64,000 nucleotides of DNA from the human T2T-CHM13v2.0 reference genome, Homo sapiens, in NCBI RefSeq assembly GCF_009914755.1, contig NC_060935.1, one strand, 5' to 3'. Under the pieces are notes generated by a model that was given only the letters and a program-made list of their open reading frames with translations, was not told the DNA's origin and did no database searches. Numbering within the stretch: position 1 is the first letter of the stretch; every line of letters begins with the position of its first letter. A program made the translations under genes and the position numbers. This document shows positions 26,692 through 39,258 of the stretch, in pieces.

Positions 26692-28561
26692 TAGAGTCAC
26701 CCAGTCTGGTGACAACTTGCTGGCATCAGCATCAATGCACACTTCCAAGTCTCAGTGGCCTCAAGAAAATATCAGTGATATATGTAAGTTCCCTCAAACT
26801 CCCTGAGGTACCAAGAGAAGCAAGGCTAGAACTCAGATCTCCATCTTAGCTATCAACTCTGGGAAAATTAACCTTCATCTCTGGGCCTCAGCTTCCTCCT
26901 CTGTAAAGTGAAGTGTTAAGCTCTGTGATCTCTAAAGTCCACTAAGCTTCTAACTTCAGTGGGTTTATTCTACATAAAGCTGAGTTTCTCAGGTCTCTGA
27001 CCTGTGGGTAGCAACTGGTCACCTATCACAGCCATTCCCACACTTCACTGCTCTTTCTCCCATAGGATCCTAGGGAACATCAACGCCCCCATGAGATCTC
27101 AGTCTCCTGTATCCCAGCATCCCTTGGAAGTGTCTCTCAGGTGCTCACAAACCAACAAGTCACCATTAGACACAATGCATCCAGTTGCAACCATTGGATT
27201 TTTCTCTTCTCCCACCTCACTCACCTATGTTGCCTGCATCTGAAGGCCCCCAGGAGTTGGCAATGCTTGCCTCCCAGCGGCCGTGGATGCCAGTCCTTCA
27301 CAAGAATGCCAATGTCCACGGCAAGGGTGCTACCTACCACTGCTCCCACAGCTGCTCTAAGTGCCAGCAGGCCGCTCTGGTCCATTCAGAAGTGAGGAGA
27401 TTGTCCCTCTCCCCTCAGCATCACATGGGGTCACCCAGACCTTCAAAAGGGCCTCCTTGTGCCCTCAAGAGTCACAGAGACTCTTGTGTAAACAGTTTCT
27501 CATTCTTTCCTTTAGGAGCCTCCTTTCCACTGGACTCAAATGCATGGCTGACTTCAAGGGCTCCTCCCCATCCCCTAGTTCCTCCGTGTTAAGGGTGGGA
27601 GAGCTGTCCTGCAAATCACCTCCTGATCTCCGCTAACCCCCCGTCACTGCTTCTGCAGACATGAATTCCATTTTAGGCTAAAGTTGAGACATCCCCACTG
27701 TCCCAAGCGATTCTCAGTATGCCAAACCCCAAGGCCAGGTAAAAAGAAAGAATTATCTTCTCCAATTCTTCCTCCCAATGTATTCTAGAAGCAGACCTGG
27801 GTCTCCAAAGAATGCCTGTGACAAAGAGTATTGCTGGTGATTTTTAAAATTCTGTACTGGCTGACAAAGAATAATCAAATTGATGAGGGAATAAAATAAT
27901 ATACAGTTAAAAAAATGCTTTCTAGTGGCCAATGTAGGGGGCCTGGAGGCAAAAATATAGGCTCAATGCTTAGTCTGGAAAATCTACCACTCTATTTTTA
28001 GAACCAAAGAAAAGAGGCTTGTATAAGGACAAGGCACAATAACAGCTATTTTTCTCCCTCTAGGAATGAGGATTAAAAAGTGGTTATTAAGAGTCTGGAT
28101 CCAGGATTCTGAGTGAAGAAACCTGGAATCTAAGCATGACTCTATGATCCGTGCTCCCTGCCTGTAACCCAGAGAGCGCAAGTCAGACCACATACTCCTG
28201 TAAGGGAGACATCCATTCAATAATTGATGACTCAATTTCAACCAAGACAATGCATATGACCAGAAGCCCAGACCTAGGCTAAGGGAGCAGGGAAGGCTTC
28301 CTGGAGGAAGTGTTGCCAGAGCTGAATGTTAAAGGATGAAGAAGAATTGATGGGATATTAATAGATGGAGTGATACATTAGTGTTCCAGGCATGGGGGAA
28401 GCAACACTTGCAAAGGCAGGCTGGGCAGGAACGTGGTGTGTGTGGCAACTGAAAAAAGGCCAGTGTAAACCAAAGCCCAGAGATCAAAAGGAGTATTTTA
28501 TGAGTGGAGGCTGATAAGTTAAGCAGTTCTCTGTTAAGGACTTTGTCTTTAACTTAAAGGG

Positions 28562-29655
28562 GGGTGGTCGCCAGCCTGCAAGACGGTGTCTCATAATTTT
28601 GGCCTCCTGGTTGTCACGAACCTTGCATGATCCCCTCCCACAGTGTACCAGGGTTGGTATGTGTGACCCATCACAGATGGGAGTAGTGACCGCACATCCC
28701 TCCCGAGATTAGTTTATGAAAGACACTGCTGCCTCCATCTGCACTCCCTCCTGGATCACGTGCCTTGCGGGAAGTCATGTCCTGAGCAGCCCTGAGGACA
28801 GGCTCCCAGGCAAGGAATGAAAGCTTCCTGACAACAACCATCTGAGTAAGCTGCTGGAGAGAAAAAGCTGTTTTCCCTCTACCCATCTTAGATTCATTGG
28901 TTGGCTGGGCTCTGCAAATTAGACTGATAAAAGTCAGATAAACAAGAGAAAAACAAGCAGAATTGCATTAACATGTGCATGACACATACACATGGGAACA
29001 CCCAGTGAGTAACACAAAGGGGTGGCTAGAACTTGGGCTTATATTGCATCTTAACAAAAGAACCATACAGTTTTAGAGAAGTGATAAGACAAAGGAAAAG
29101 GACTTTGAGCTTCTAGGGGTGGCAAATTATGGAAAGGCAAATACATGTGGGGGCTAATGGAAGAGAAGGACTCATTGGTAAGGTTTTTAATGAAGATTTC
29201 TCTGGTGCCCTCTCTGGGCTTATAAGGGTCTACTGTTGTCTCTAGTGACTAACTTCTGTCCTTCCTGGTAGGGAGAAGAGAGAGGGCACCTTTACAAACT
29301 TACATCGTGTTTCTGGCAAGTAGAGGGAGGGCAGATAACTCTTCTTGTATCTATCTGCTTTTCCTCCTTTGCCTTCAGCTCAAAATAATTCTTAAGCCAA
29401 AATGGCATATTTTGGGGTGGCATTTTCTGCTATCCTTCAGAGTCATCTTGGAAATGATGAAATCCAGCCCCAGTCAAGTCTTCAGAAACCACAGCCCCAG
29501 CTGGCATCTTGACCGCAACCTGATGAGAGAACCATAAACCCAAGCTGCCCCCAGATCCCTGACCCTCAGAAACCACGTGAGATAATACATGTTAGTTGTT
29601 TTAAGATGCCATATCTTAGGGTAATTTGTTATGCAGCAATAGGTAACTAATACGT
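28562..29655 (+). mobile_element. MLT1 LTR interrupted by an ERV1 LTR
   Basis: MLT1 5' part at 28562-28851; 3' part at 29440-29655 ending ...gcagcaataggtaactaatac. Confidence 0.7.
28852..29439 (-). mobile_element. ERV1 (MER34/MER39-like) solo LTR
   Basis: Ends ...gccttcagctcaaaataattcttaagccaaaatggcatattttgggg...ccttca, the reverse complement of the start motif of the 16890 LTR. Confidence 0.75.
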
Positions 29656-31995
29656 AAGAGCAGCAACAGAATTAAACTTGCTAACTGTGACTTTGAACAA
29701 GTCACTTCACCTCTCTGGGCATCAGTTTCTCTCTTCACCTATAAACAGAGAGGAATAGGCTTGGGTAATAGAATGTTAGCCCAGGAAAGATTTTAGATAT
29801 AATCTAAGAAGGCCACAAGTCCCTGAGGGCAGAAGAGTGGGCATGGATGGGGACCCAGAATGACCCAAGCTGCAAGGCAGCCGGGAGTGTAATAATAACA
29901 AAAGCCTAATATTTATTGGTCACTTACCCTGTGCTAGGCACAGTGCATGCATTATCTCATGTAATTCTCCCATCTAGCCTGAGTTAGGCACTGGATTGCC
30001 CCAATTTTACAGAAAGGAATGCGAGGCACAGAAACACTAAGTCAATGACAATCCCATCCTTCCATGCTTCTGAAAGTTGCAAATAAGTTGTTTGGGTCTA
30101 GAAGTAACTGCTACTAAATGCAAAGCAGAAATCACTTGCTCTTTTGCCATCCCCTTGGTTCCTCCCCAACACCACCCTCATCAGCATCCTCTAGAAAATC
30201 ATCCCGACCAGATAATTATTAAAGTGGCCCCATTCTACCTCCTGGGTACAAATTCCAAATTTTCAACCCCACTCGGCCTGGGAGTTTGGAGGTGGGGGCC
30301 ATAAATGGCAGTGGGATGTGGTGTTGATGGTAAAAGCCAAGCAGCAGCCACACAAGTGCCTTCCAATCATTCATTTCCTGACAAAACACTACAAAGATGG
30401 CCATTGAAAATTTCTCCAGACTCATTGGAATTTGGGGTCTTTGTTCCCATGTCTGGAAACACATCAACCTGCCAATTCTGGTAACAGAGTCTACGATGAT
30501 GCTCTTGGCTTTCATTGTTTTTGGCAAAAGCACTGCTAAGTGCTGCTTTATTTTTTAGTTTTTGTCTCACTTTTCAGAGAAGATAAATCAACTGTAAAAG
30601 TGTGTTATGAAAACCAACTTGGCAAGCAAGATCTCCTGGAGAGGAGCAGGGGTAGCTTTATTTTCCATTATCTCAGTGTAAAACAAATAGATTTATCCTT
30701 CTTAGATGTTCTTGTAAGGTCATCAGGAGCACGTGATTTAAACCATGGCCCTTGGCCGACTCCAGTACAGAGCATGATCTAATCAGGCCTGGAATTCTCA
30801 AAGAAGAAAGGAAGAGAAAAAAATTGGCCTCATTATGAGGATTTCAAAGTTATCTCAGTACAAGGAAGTTTTTCCTCTCTGCCGAAACCTCCTGAGAATC
30901 CTCCAAAGGAAGCCTAATTCTTGACATGTTTTTAAGGTTCTCTGTTCCATTCACAGAGTGAGGTTAAATCTGGGCAGACCAGGCCCTTGTCTTCATTCTT
31001 CTCCCAACAGGCTCAGACCTTTCTCAGCTTGGTGGCTTTGGTTGGAATGTTAGGATTGAGCAACAGTCACAAAGTATTTAACCTATCTGAGCCCATGTTT
31101 CCTCATCTGTATGGCTGCCATCAGAACCCATACTGAGACTTAATTATTTTTGTGAAAATTAAACTAGGTAATTGATATAAAGTGATGAGCACATCGCCAG
31201 GCACGTCCCAACGAGTCATTTAACAGAGAAGCTATGGTGTGATCAAGGGTATAAGGATCACAGCTGGACATTCTGCATTTGTATCCTGGCTCCATCACTT
31301 ACCAGCTACAGGCAAATTACTTGATCTCTCTAAGCCACAGTTTTCTCATCTGCAAAAGGGGGTGGTAATGGTATGTATCTGCTACTTCACAGGATTGTTA
31401 GATGGATGATATGAGATAATGCTTAGACTATGCCCAGAACATAATAGATAGTAAGTATGTGGTAGTTATTACTACTGTGACTTCAAAAAGGATGACAACA
31501 ACCACCACAGCTACTATGACCAATGTGACCTCTCAAGTATTATTTTGGGCCCTTTGATTACTAAGCAAAGCAAATCATCTCTGTGTAACTTAAAAGAAAA
31601 GAAAATACATTAGATGACTCTGAGACAACTGAAAGAATCAACAGCTAAATTGAATGGCCAAGGTTTGGAAAGAACCAGGAAGCAGAAGAGCCCCAGATAT
31701 GTCAGCCACAGGAACTAATGATGGACTCTTTAGGGTGCCACTGTCAGGACCCATCAGCTCCACCAGGTTGCCATCTTTGAGCCACTGGCCAAAGGAAGGT
31801 GTACACTCTGACATCCCAACCAAGACCAGTTCCAATGGGGAGGGATAATTATATAAAGGAAAGCCTAGTTGTTACTGAAAGCAGAGGCCAAAATACTGGG
31901 GAATCAGAAACAACTGATACCAGCCATAATTATGAACGCGCCTACCACTATTCCTACTAATATTAATATTTATTATAATATAATAGTTGCAGTAG

Positions 31996-32658
31996 TGCTC
32001 CTAGACCAAACCAAGGGTCAGGCTGCTTATTTTCACAGCCCAATAACAAAAATGCAGATGAACTGAGAGAAGGGAGTTTATGTCTATAACTGGGTACAGG
32101 GAGAAGGCCTGGAAAATATCGCCAGACCAACTCAAAATTACAAAGTTTTCCAGAGCTTATATACCTTCTAAGCTATACGTCTACATGTAAGTGTGCATTC
32201 ATCGAAAGACGTAAGTGATTAAATTCTTCTAATCTATAACTAAGATCTGAATCCTGAACACCTTCCTCTGGAGCCTTAGTAAATTTACTTAATCCAAATA
32301 CGTCCAGGTGCTGGGGTAATTACCCTTATCTTGTCCCCTGCGAAATCATGGAGGTTTGGGGAGTTCCTTTAGACCCCTAATAAGCTTCTTTGTGGAGGCC
32401 TGGGGAGTTTCTTCAGACCCCCAGTAAGACATGTTTAATCCTAAACGGCTCCTGTTAAGAGTTCCTTCGTTATCTTGTCATGCTTCAAAGCCCAGGAAAA
32501 GCCTAGGCAAAACTCCTGGTGGGCTTTTGTTACATTCCAGCCTTTGTATAGGGGCACTAGGTCTTTTGGCTTTTAATATTTAACTTAACCACTCAGTGCT
32601 GAAATAGTTGTTATGGAGGCCTGCCTGTTCAGCCTTTAGGGAGACCTGGCTTACCACA
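31996..32658 (-). mobile_element. ERV1-class solo LTR
   Basis: TG...CA termini with 4-bp TSD gtag (31992-31995 and 32659-32662). Confidence 0.8.
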
Positions 32659-32680
32659 GTAGTTGCTGCTAATATTACCA

Positions 32681-32774
32681 CAGTATTCCCCCCTTATCCT
32701 TGGGGAATATGTTCCAAGACCTCCAGTGGATGCCTGAAACTGCAAGTATTGAAGCCTATATATCTATACGTGTG

Positions 32775-32806
<32 letters not shown>

Positions 32807-33458
32807 TATATACATAGATATATATGTACACACACACTATATATACTGTTTTTTCCTATACATTCAAATCTATGATAAAGCTTAATTTATAAATTAGGCA
32901 CAGTAAGAAATTAATAACAATAATAATAAAGTAGAATAATTATAATAATATAATGTAATAAAAGTTATGTGGGTGTAGTATCTCTATCTCTCTCTCTTTC
33001 TGTCACTCTCTCAAAATATCTTATTGTACTATACCAGGTAACTGAAACTGCAGAAAGAGAAGCCATGGTGATATGGTTTGACTGTGTCCCCACCCAAATC
33101 TCATCTTGAATTGTAGCTCCCATAATTCCCACGTGTTCTGGGAGGGTCCTGGTGGGAGAAAATTGAATCATGGAGGTGGTTTCCCCCATACTGTTCTCAT
33201 GGTAGCGAGTAAGTCTCATGAGATCTGATGATTTTATAAGGGGTTTCCCCTTATGCGTGGTTTTCATTCTCTCTTGCCACCTCCATGTAAGACGTGCCTT
33301 TCGCCTTCTACCATGATTGTGAGGCCTCCCCAGCCACGTGGAACCATGAGTTCATTAAACCTCTTTTTCTTTATAAATTACCCAGTCTCGGGTATGTCTT
33401 TATCCACAGCGTGAGTGTGAAAACAGATTAATACACATGGATAAGGGGGAGCTACCAT
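32681..33458 (+). mobile_element. MER44-like (Tigger) DNA transposon containing a (TA/CA)n tract and a THE1 insertion
   Basis: TIR-like ends cagtattcccccttatcc and ggataagggggagctac. Confidence 0.75.
33069..33435 (+). mobile_element. THE1 solo LTR
   Basis: tgatatggtttgactgtgtccccaccc...aataca with 5-bp TSD catgg. Confidence 0.9.
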
Positions 33459-33548
33459 ATTAATTCAAGAAAGGGCAAAAACAACAATGTCAACGAATAT
33501 CCAACCCTGAACTTCATGAACACTGTCATTTCTAGATAATCAGACTAG

Positions 33549-33871
<323 letters not shown>

Positions 33872-35789
33872 CAGGCTGGAACCATTTTTATTTCTCTTTT
33901 GGAAAACCCACAGTTTTCCAAAATGCTTTTATCTTTTGGGAAAAGTATAGTTTTCCTGTGATAAAATGAAGACCATCGTTTCTTGTCTGCTTCCTAAATG
34001 TCTGACGCCATGCTAAACACTTGATATATTTTATCTCACTCACTGTATTGTGAGGTTGGCTCAGGAGAAAGAATTAACCATTGTTAAATAAAATGTAACG
34101 GAAACAATAAAAGCTTATGTTGAAGTCACAATAATTTTTATAATTGCTAATAATTAATACCAAGCTATGATCATTTTTAATTTAGCAATAAAACTTCTTT
34201 ATATAGTGAGTCGGTCATTCAATTCACCAGGACACACAATTAAATCCATGCAGCTACTTGCCCTGGATCACGCTACGCAGAGTCAGTTGCCTGCGTGAGG
34301 AGCAGTTCAATCAAAAATCGATGCCTGCAATTTGGAAAACCCGTCCTTGTGATATATTAGTGGTGAAACAGGAGAAACAGATGCTCATTAGGCATGTAAT
34401 GTTTGCTGAATTATTAAGTGATTCAATGCAAAGGACTTCTAGATACTGTTACAACGTTTAAAAATTCTTTAGGATTATTGTACGGCCTCTTTTTAAGACA
34501 GCATCAACTCTCAGAAATTGAATTGCTGTTAGATTCTTTAGCTTAATCCTTTCAAGGCTTGTATTTGAAACCATTGTTTGTTTTCTGTCTTAATGGAGAG
34601 CAGATCTTTATGGGAAGGCAATGTAATATCCTCTGAGCTGGAAATCCATTGCTGTGAAAGTCTGGGCTTCTCTCAACAGCCATCACTTGGCCCTCTGAGC
34701 CTCTCTCTGGAAGTCAATTTCCGCTGCCCCAGAGCACCACAGCCTGTCTCTTTAGTATCAAATCTTTTGAGAGAGATGCATTGTTCTTTTCATTATGAAG
34801 GATATGTGTTGAGCTATTAATATTAATATTAATATTTTTCCTAGCATGGTGATGCATTTGCACTGACCTTTCCATCCTCCATTGACATTTCTGCTGTGTC
34901 CAGCAAGACACACTTGTGCTATCAGGAGTAAGGGGCAGAGTTCTTTGCAGAGCTAATCGTGACTGGAAGGACTCATTCATCGGCCCACCATGCTAGACAT
35001 CCTAGCCCTCCTGGTCACACCCAAAGGAAGCTACAGGAGAAACGGGAGGTGACTCTGAGAGTACTCATAGGAAAAGACCACACAGGTCACCAGGAGAAAT
35101 GTAACTATCTAGGGATCAATGGAACATGCTTCAGCAAGGGAGCTATGGAAAGTCCTATTTCATAATGGCATTGAAAGTACTTAAATTAAAGACAAAATTT
35201 CCAGAGCAGAGGAATTCTCTCCATCCTCCCTGGGGCTGCTCACTCGGTACTGAAGTGCTTCTCTTGGCCCCAGATCCTGTCTGTAAACCTTAGGGCACAG
35301 AAAGAGGAAATGAGAGTGGAGTCCCTGGAGACAAACTTATTCTATTTAATCATTTTGTAAGAGTTTTAATCCTGCGCCTTTTCCCATCATTTAGTGCATG
35401 TCCTCCCACAGACATATGATAGAAATCTGATCATTTAATTCACACTAAAGTAGCTGGGGGTAAAAACAGAACTAGAAGGACAGAACAATGCCTAACGTGA
35501 AGGCAAAATAATAAGAAAAATAACCAATCAGTGCTCATAGTTGGGCATTATGTACCAAGCAATGCAAATGCATAACTTGATTGGCCTATTAACCATCTTA
35601 AGAGGCAGTAACTAACCATCTTAAGAAGTAGTAAGTAACTTCTGCATTTTACAGAGGGAGAAATAGTTGAAGCTCAAAGAAGCTATGAAGCTCAAACCCA
35701 GCAAAAAAAAAAAAAACTGCCAGAGCTGAGACTCCTGCCTGGATGCCCCCACCTAGTGTCAGCGTATCTCTGAATCATGTTAATAGAGC

Positions 35790-35962
35790 TATGGTTCTCC
35801 ATCCTGGCTACACATTAGAACCACCTGGGCTGCTTTTTAAACTACAGAGGCCTGGAATCTTCCCATGACAATTAAGTCAGAATTTTGCGGAGTGGGAAGC
35901 TGACATTTTTTTTTAAAGACCCCGAAGTTGATTCTATGTGCAGCAGGGATTGAGAACCACTG
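35790..35962. mobile_element. MER5A-like hAT MITE
   Basis: ggttctccatcctggctacacattagaaccacctggg...gggattgagaaccactg. Confidence 0.75.
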
Positions 35963-36494
35963 AGACAGGGCACTGTACTGACGGAGGGGATCAGAATTAG
36001 TTCCTCTTTCTTTCCTCATGTCTACAATAAGACTATCCAACAACCAGACCTTCTTCACTCTTCCTCTGCCCCATCTGAGGCCTGAGTGAAGCTGCTGTCT
36101 CTGCCCTGCTGAGCTAAGGAAAATGTCAGGCCAGAACTAGAAAGAAGACCCAGCTCCCAGCCAAGAAACCAACAAATTTATCTCCACATCTGTCGTGGGA
36201 AGTCAAGGGAAGATCAGAAAGGGGGCAGAAGGAAAATGAAAGGGCACCAGATGAAATATGCAGTGGTCAGTCCAGAGGCTACTGGGGTGCTGGAAGCAAA
36301 GATTAACCTGTTGGGGGAAAGGACTGATTCTGGAAAGGGCAAGGGAGGGGGAAGCTCTGGAGCCGAGCAGTGGTCTGGGGGCCAAGAGAGCTGGGTTCTC
36401 ACCTACCACAGTGGTCTGAGAGATTTCAGACGTAGATGACCTCAACCCAGCTACTCCAGGGTGAAAGGCGAGAGGTGTCTTTCCCAATGGGCAC

Positions 36495-37729
36495 AGCTAG
36501 ATTGATTTTTGGGGTGTTGCTGTTGTTGTTGTTGTTGTTGTTGTTTTTCCTTGGAATTGCAGTCCAGGCTTGACTGTCCATGCTAATGGAACGAGGCCAT
36601 GTTGTACAGTAATGGGATTTTTCAGGTTTTTTTAAATTTTAATTTAATTTTATTTCAAGTGCCAGGACACATATGCAGGCTGTGCAGGTTTGTTACACAG
36701 ATAAACATGTGCCATGGTGGTTTGCTGCACCTATCAACCCATCATCTAAGTATTAAGCACCACAGCATTAGCTACTTATCCTGATGCTCTCCCTCCCGCT
36801 GCTCCCCTCGACAGGCCCCAGTGTGTGTTGTTCCCCTCCCTGTGTGCATGTGTTCTCATGCTTCAGCTCCCACTTATAAGTGGGAACATGTGGTGTTTGG
36901 TTTTCTGTTTCTGTATAAGTTTGCTGAGGATGATGGCTTCCAGCTCCATCCATGTTCCTGCAAAGAACATGACCTCGTTCCTTTTTATGGCTGCATAGTA
37001 TTCCATGGTGAATATGTACCACATTTTCTTTATCCAGTCTATCACTCATGGGCATTTGGGTTGATTCCATGTCTCTGCTATTGTGAATAGTGCTGCAGTG
37101 AACATACGCATGCATGTGTCTTTACAATAGAATGATTTATATTCCTTTGGTTATATACCCATTAATGGGATTGCTGAGTCAAATGGCATTTCTGGTTCTA
37201 GGTCTTTGAGGAATTGCCACAGTATCTTCCACAATGGTTGAACTAATTTGTATTCCCACCACAGTGTAAAAGTGTTCCTATATCTCCACAGCCTCGCCAG
37301 CATCTCTTGTTTCTTGGCTTTTTGATAATTGCCATTCTGACTGGCATGAGATGGTATCTTATTGCAGTTTTTATTTGCATTTCTCTAATCTCTAATGATC
37401 AGTGATGTTGAGCTTTTTTTTATGTTTGTTGGCCGCATAGATGTCTTTTTTTGAGACTTGTCTGTTCATATCCTTTGCCCACTTTTTAATGGGATTGTTT
37501 GGTTTTCTTTTTTCTTGTAAATGTATTTAAGTTCCTTATAGATTCTGGATATTAGACCTTTGTCAGATGGATAGATTGCAAAAATATTCTCCCATTCTGT
37601 AGGTTGTCTGTGCGCACTGATGATAGTTGCTTTTGCTGTGCAGAATCTCTTTACTTTAATTAGGTCCCATTTGTCAGTTTTTGCTTTTGTTGCAATTGCT
37701 TTTGACGTTTTCGAGCTAGACTGGTTTTT
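36495..37729 (-). mobile_element. 5'-truncated L1PA insertion (L1 body about 36640-37712) with TSDs and candidate 3' transduction
   Basis: Antisense L1PA 3'UTR and ORF2 end (MIDWIKKMWYIFTMEYYAAIKRNE peptide). TSD agctaga(t/c)tg(a/g)ttttt at 36495-36510 and 37714-37729. Confidence 0.85.
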
Positions 37730-38185
37730 AAGTTTCCTTAAATAATCTCACATCTGGACCATGACAACAGCCTTCTAACTGGCCTCCTTGCCTGCTGTCT
37801 CTGCCCCCACCCCATTCCCTTCTCCACTGAGCTACAATGATCTTTCCTTCTCGACTGCAGGGCAGCTTAATCCTCTGTTCAAAAGCCTTCCAGGCCTCCT
37901 ATTGTCCCCAGTATAAAGCCCAAATGCATTAATGAGGCTTAAAAACTCTGCAGGGTCTTTTATCTTCTTGCCTTTCTGTTCCTCAAACAAGCCGTTTTTG
38001 ACTGCTCTGGGCCTCTGCACAGACTGTCCCTTCCTCCTGAAACCCTCTTCCCACTCCACTTTTTACTCATCCCTCAGGGATCAAGTTAGACATCACTTCC
38101 TTCAGGAAGTCTTCTCTGATTCCCCTTGAGTGTGTGAGTGCCTATTTTAGCTCTTATTATACTGGATTACAAATGCTTGTTTCTT

Positions 38186-38551
38186 AGTCAGCTTCCCTTG
38201 AGATATAAACTCCCTCATGTAGGAAACATTGCTATAATATATTTCCAGCACCCAGTTGTTTGAGGTTAAAATGTCTCCAGCATTGGAAGGAAGAAATATC
38301 TATAATGAGTAGATCAAGAATAGCCCATCCAAATATACATCTCTTTCACTGGGGGAAAAAAATCCCAATGCTTTAGAACCACATTCTAAAATCAGAGGTC
38401 CTGATTTGACTTTGTGACTTACCAAGGAGATTGTAAACTCAATCTCCAAAGGGCTAGAAAAGCCATGAAAGAATAAGAGAGGAGATGGGGAAACAGAGTC
38501 AGCTTCCCTTGAGATGTAAATTTCCTCATGTAGGAAATATTGCTGTGATAT
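38186..38551 (+). repeat. 55-bp direct repeat pair (38186-38240 and 38497-38551)
   Basis: agtcagcttcccttgagat(a/g)taaa..cctcatgtaggaaa.attgct in both copies. Confidence 0.9.
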
Positions 38552-39029
38552 TAATCTCAGAGGTCTGCTTGTAAGTGCCATGCTTTCTCCAGAGCCCAGC
38601 ATCTTAACCACAGCACCCAACTGTCTGTCCCGCCCCACTCAGCCACTGGCAGGATCTCCAGGCTCTCAGCTGAGCATGTGCTACTCTGTAAGTGCTGGTA
38701 TACTTTCCAGTCCCCAGTGAGAAAATCACGGCATATGCACTGAAACCTGAAACCCTGACTATTCCAAGAGCCTCATCATATCTTTCAAGTGCTCACATTC
38801 CACAGCCCCAGCTCACCGGTGCTTTCTCACCAGAGGGCTTCAGCCTGCCTGTAACTTTGTCTCTTCTGTAGTGCCAAGAGACCACAGTTACCACTCACCA
38901 GGGATGTGGCTACAACCAAGCAAGAGTATCTTAAGAGCAGTAGTTGTCAAATGTGGCAGATTCTATCCAACCATTCCTGAATTCCAAGTCAGTCTTTACT
39001 ATGACCACACTAAACCACTCTGCTTTATA

Positions 39030-39125
39030 TTAGGTTGGTGTGAAAGTAACTGTGGTTTTTGCCTTTATTTAAAAAAAAAAAAAAAGATAATTGCAAAAAC
39101 CGCAATTACTTTTGCAGCAATCTTT
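39030..39125. mobile_element. MADE1 (Hsmar1-derived mariner MITE)
   Basis: ttaggttggtgtgaaagtaactgtggtttttgcc ... gcaaaaaccgcaattacttttgcagcaatct; palindromic TIRs. Confidence 0.85.
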
Positions 39126-39258
39126 AACCAGCCTCTGAATTTGAAGCTAAAGGACTCTGACTTGAACACTGCATATGCACACTGACACCTGTGTAGCCTT
39201 GGAAATGCCACAACTCTGAATCTCAGCCTCTTCATCTGTGGAGTGGCATTGTACTTGG

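Noticed and set aside
35590-35635. 23-bp tandem duplication (similar small ones near 7621-7665 and 44241-44268)
   Set aside because: Ordinary slippage-scale events with no contextual significance.
36768-37115. ORFs resembling database hypothetical proteins (also Alu-derived ORFs at 1510, 10648, 33645, 45442, 53819)
   Set aside because: Translations of L1 and Alu sequence, not genes.
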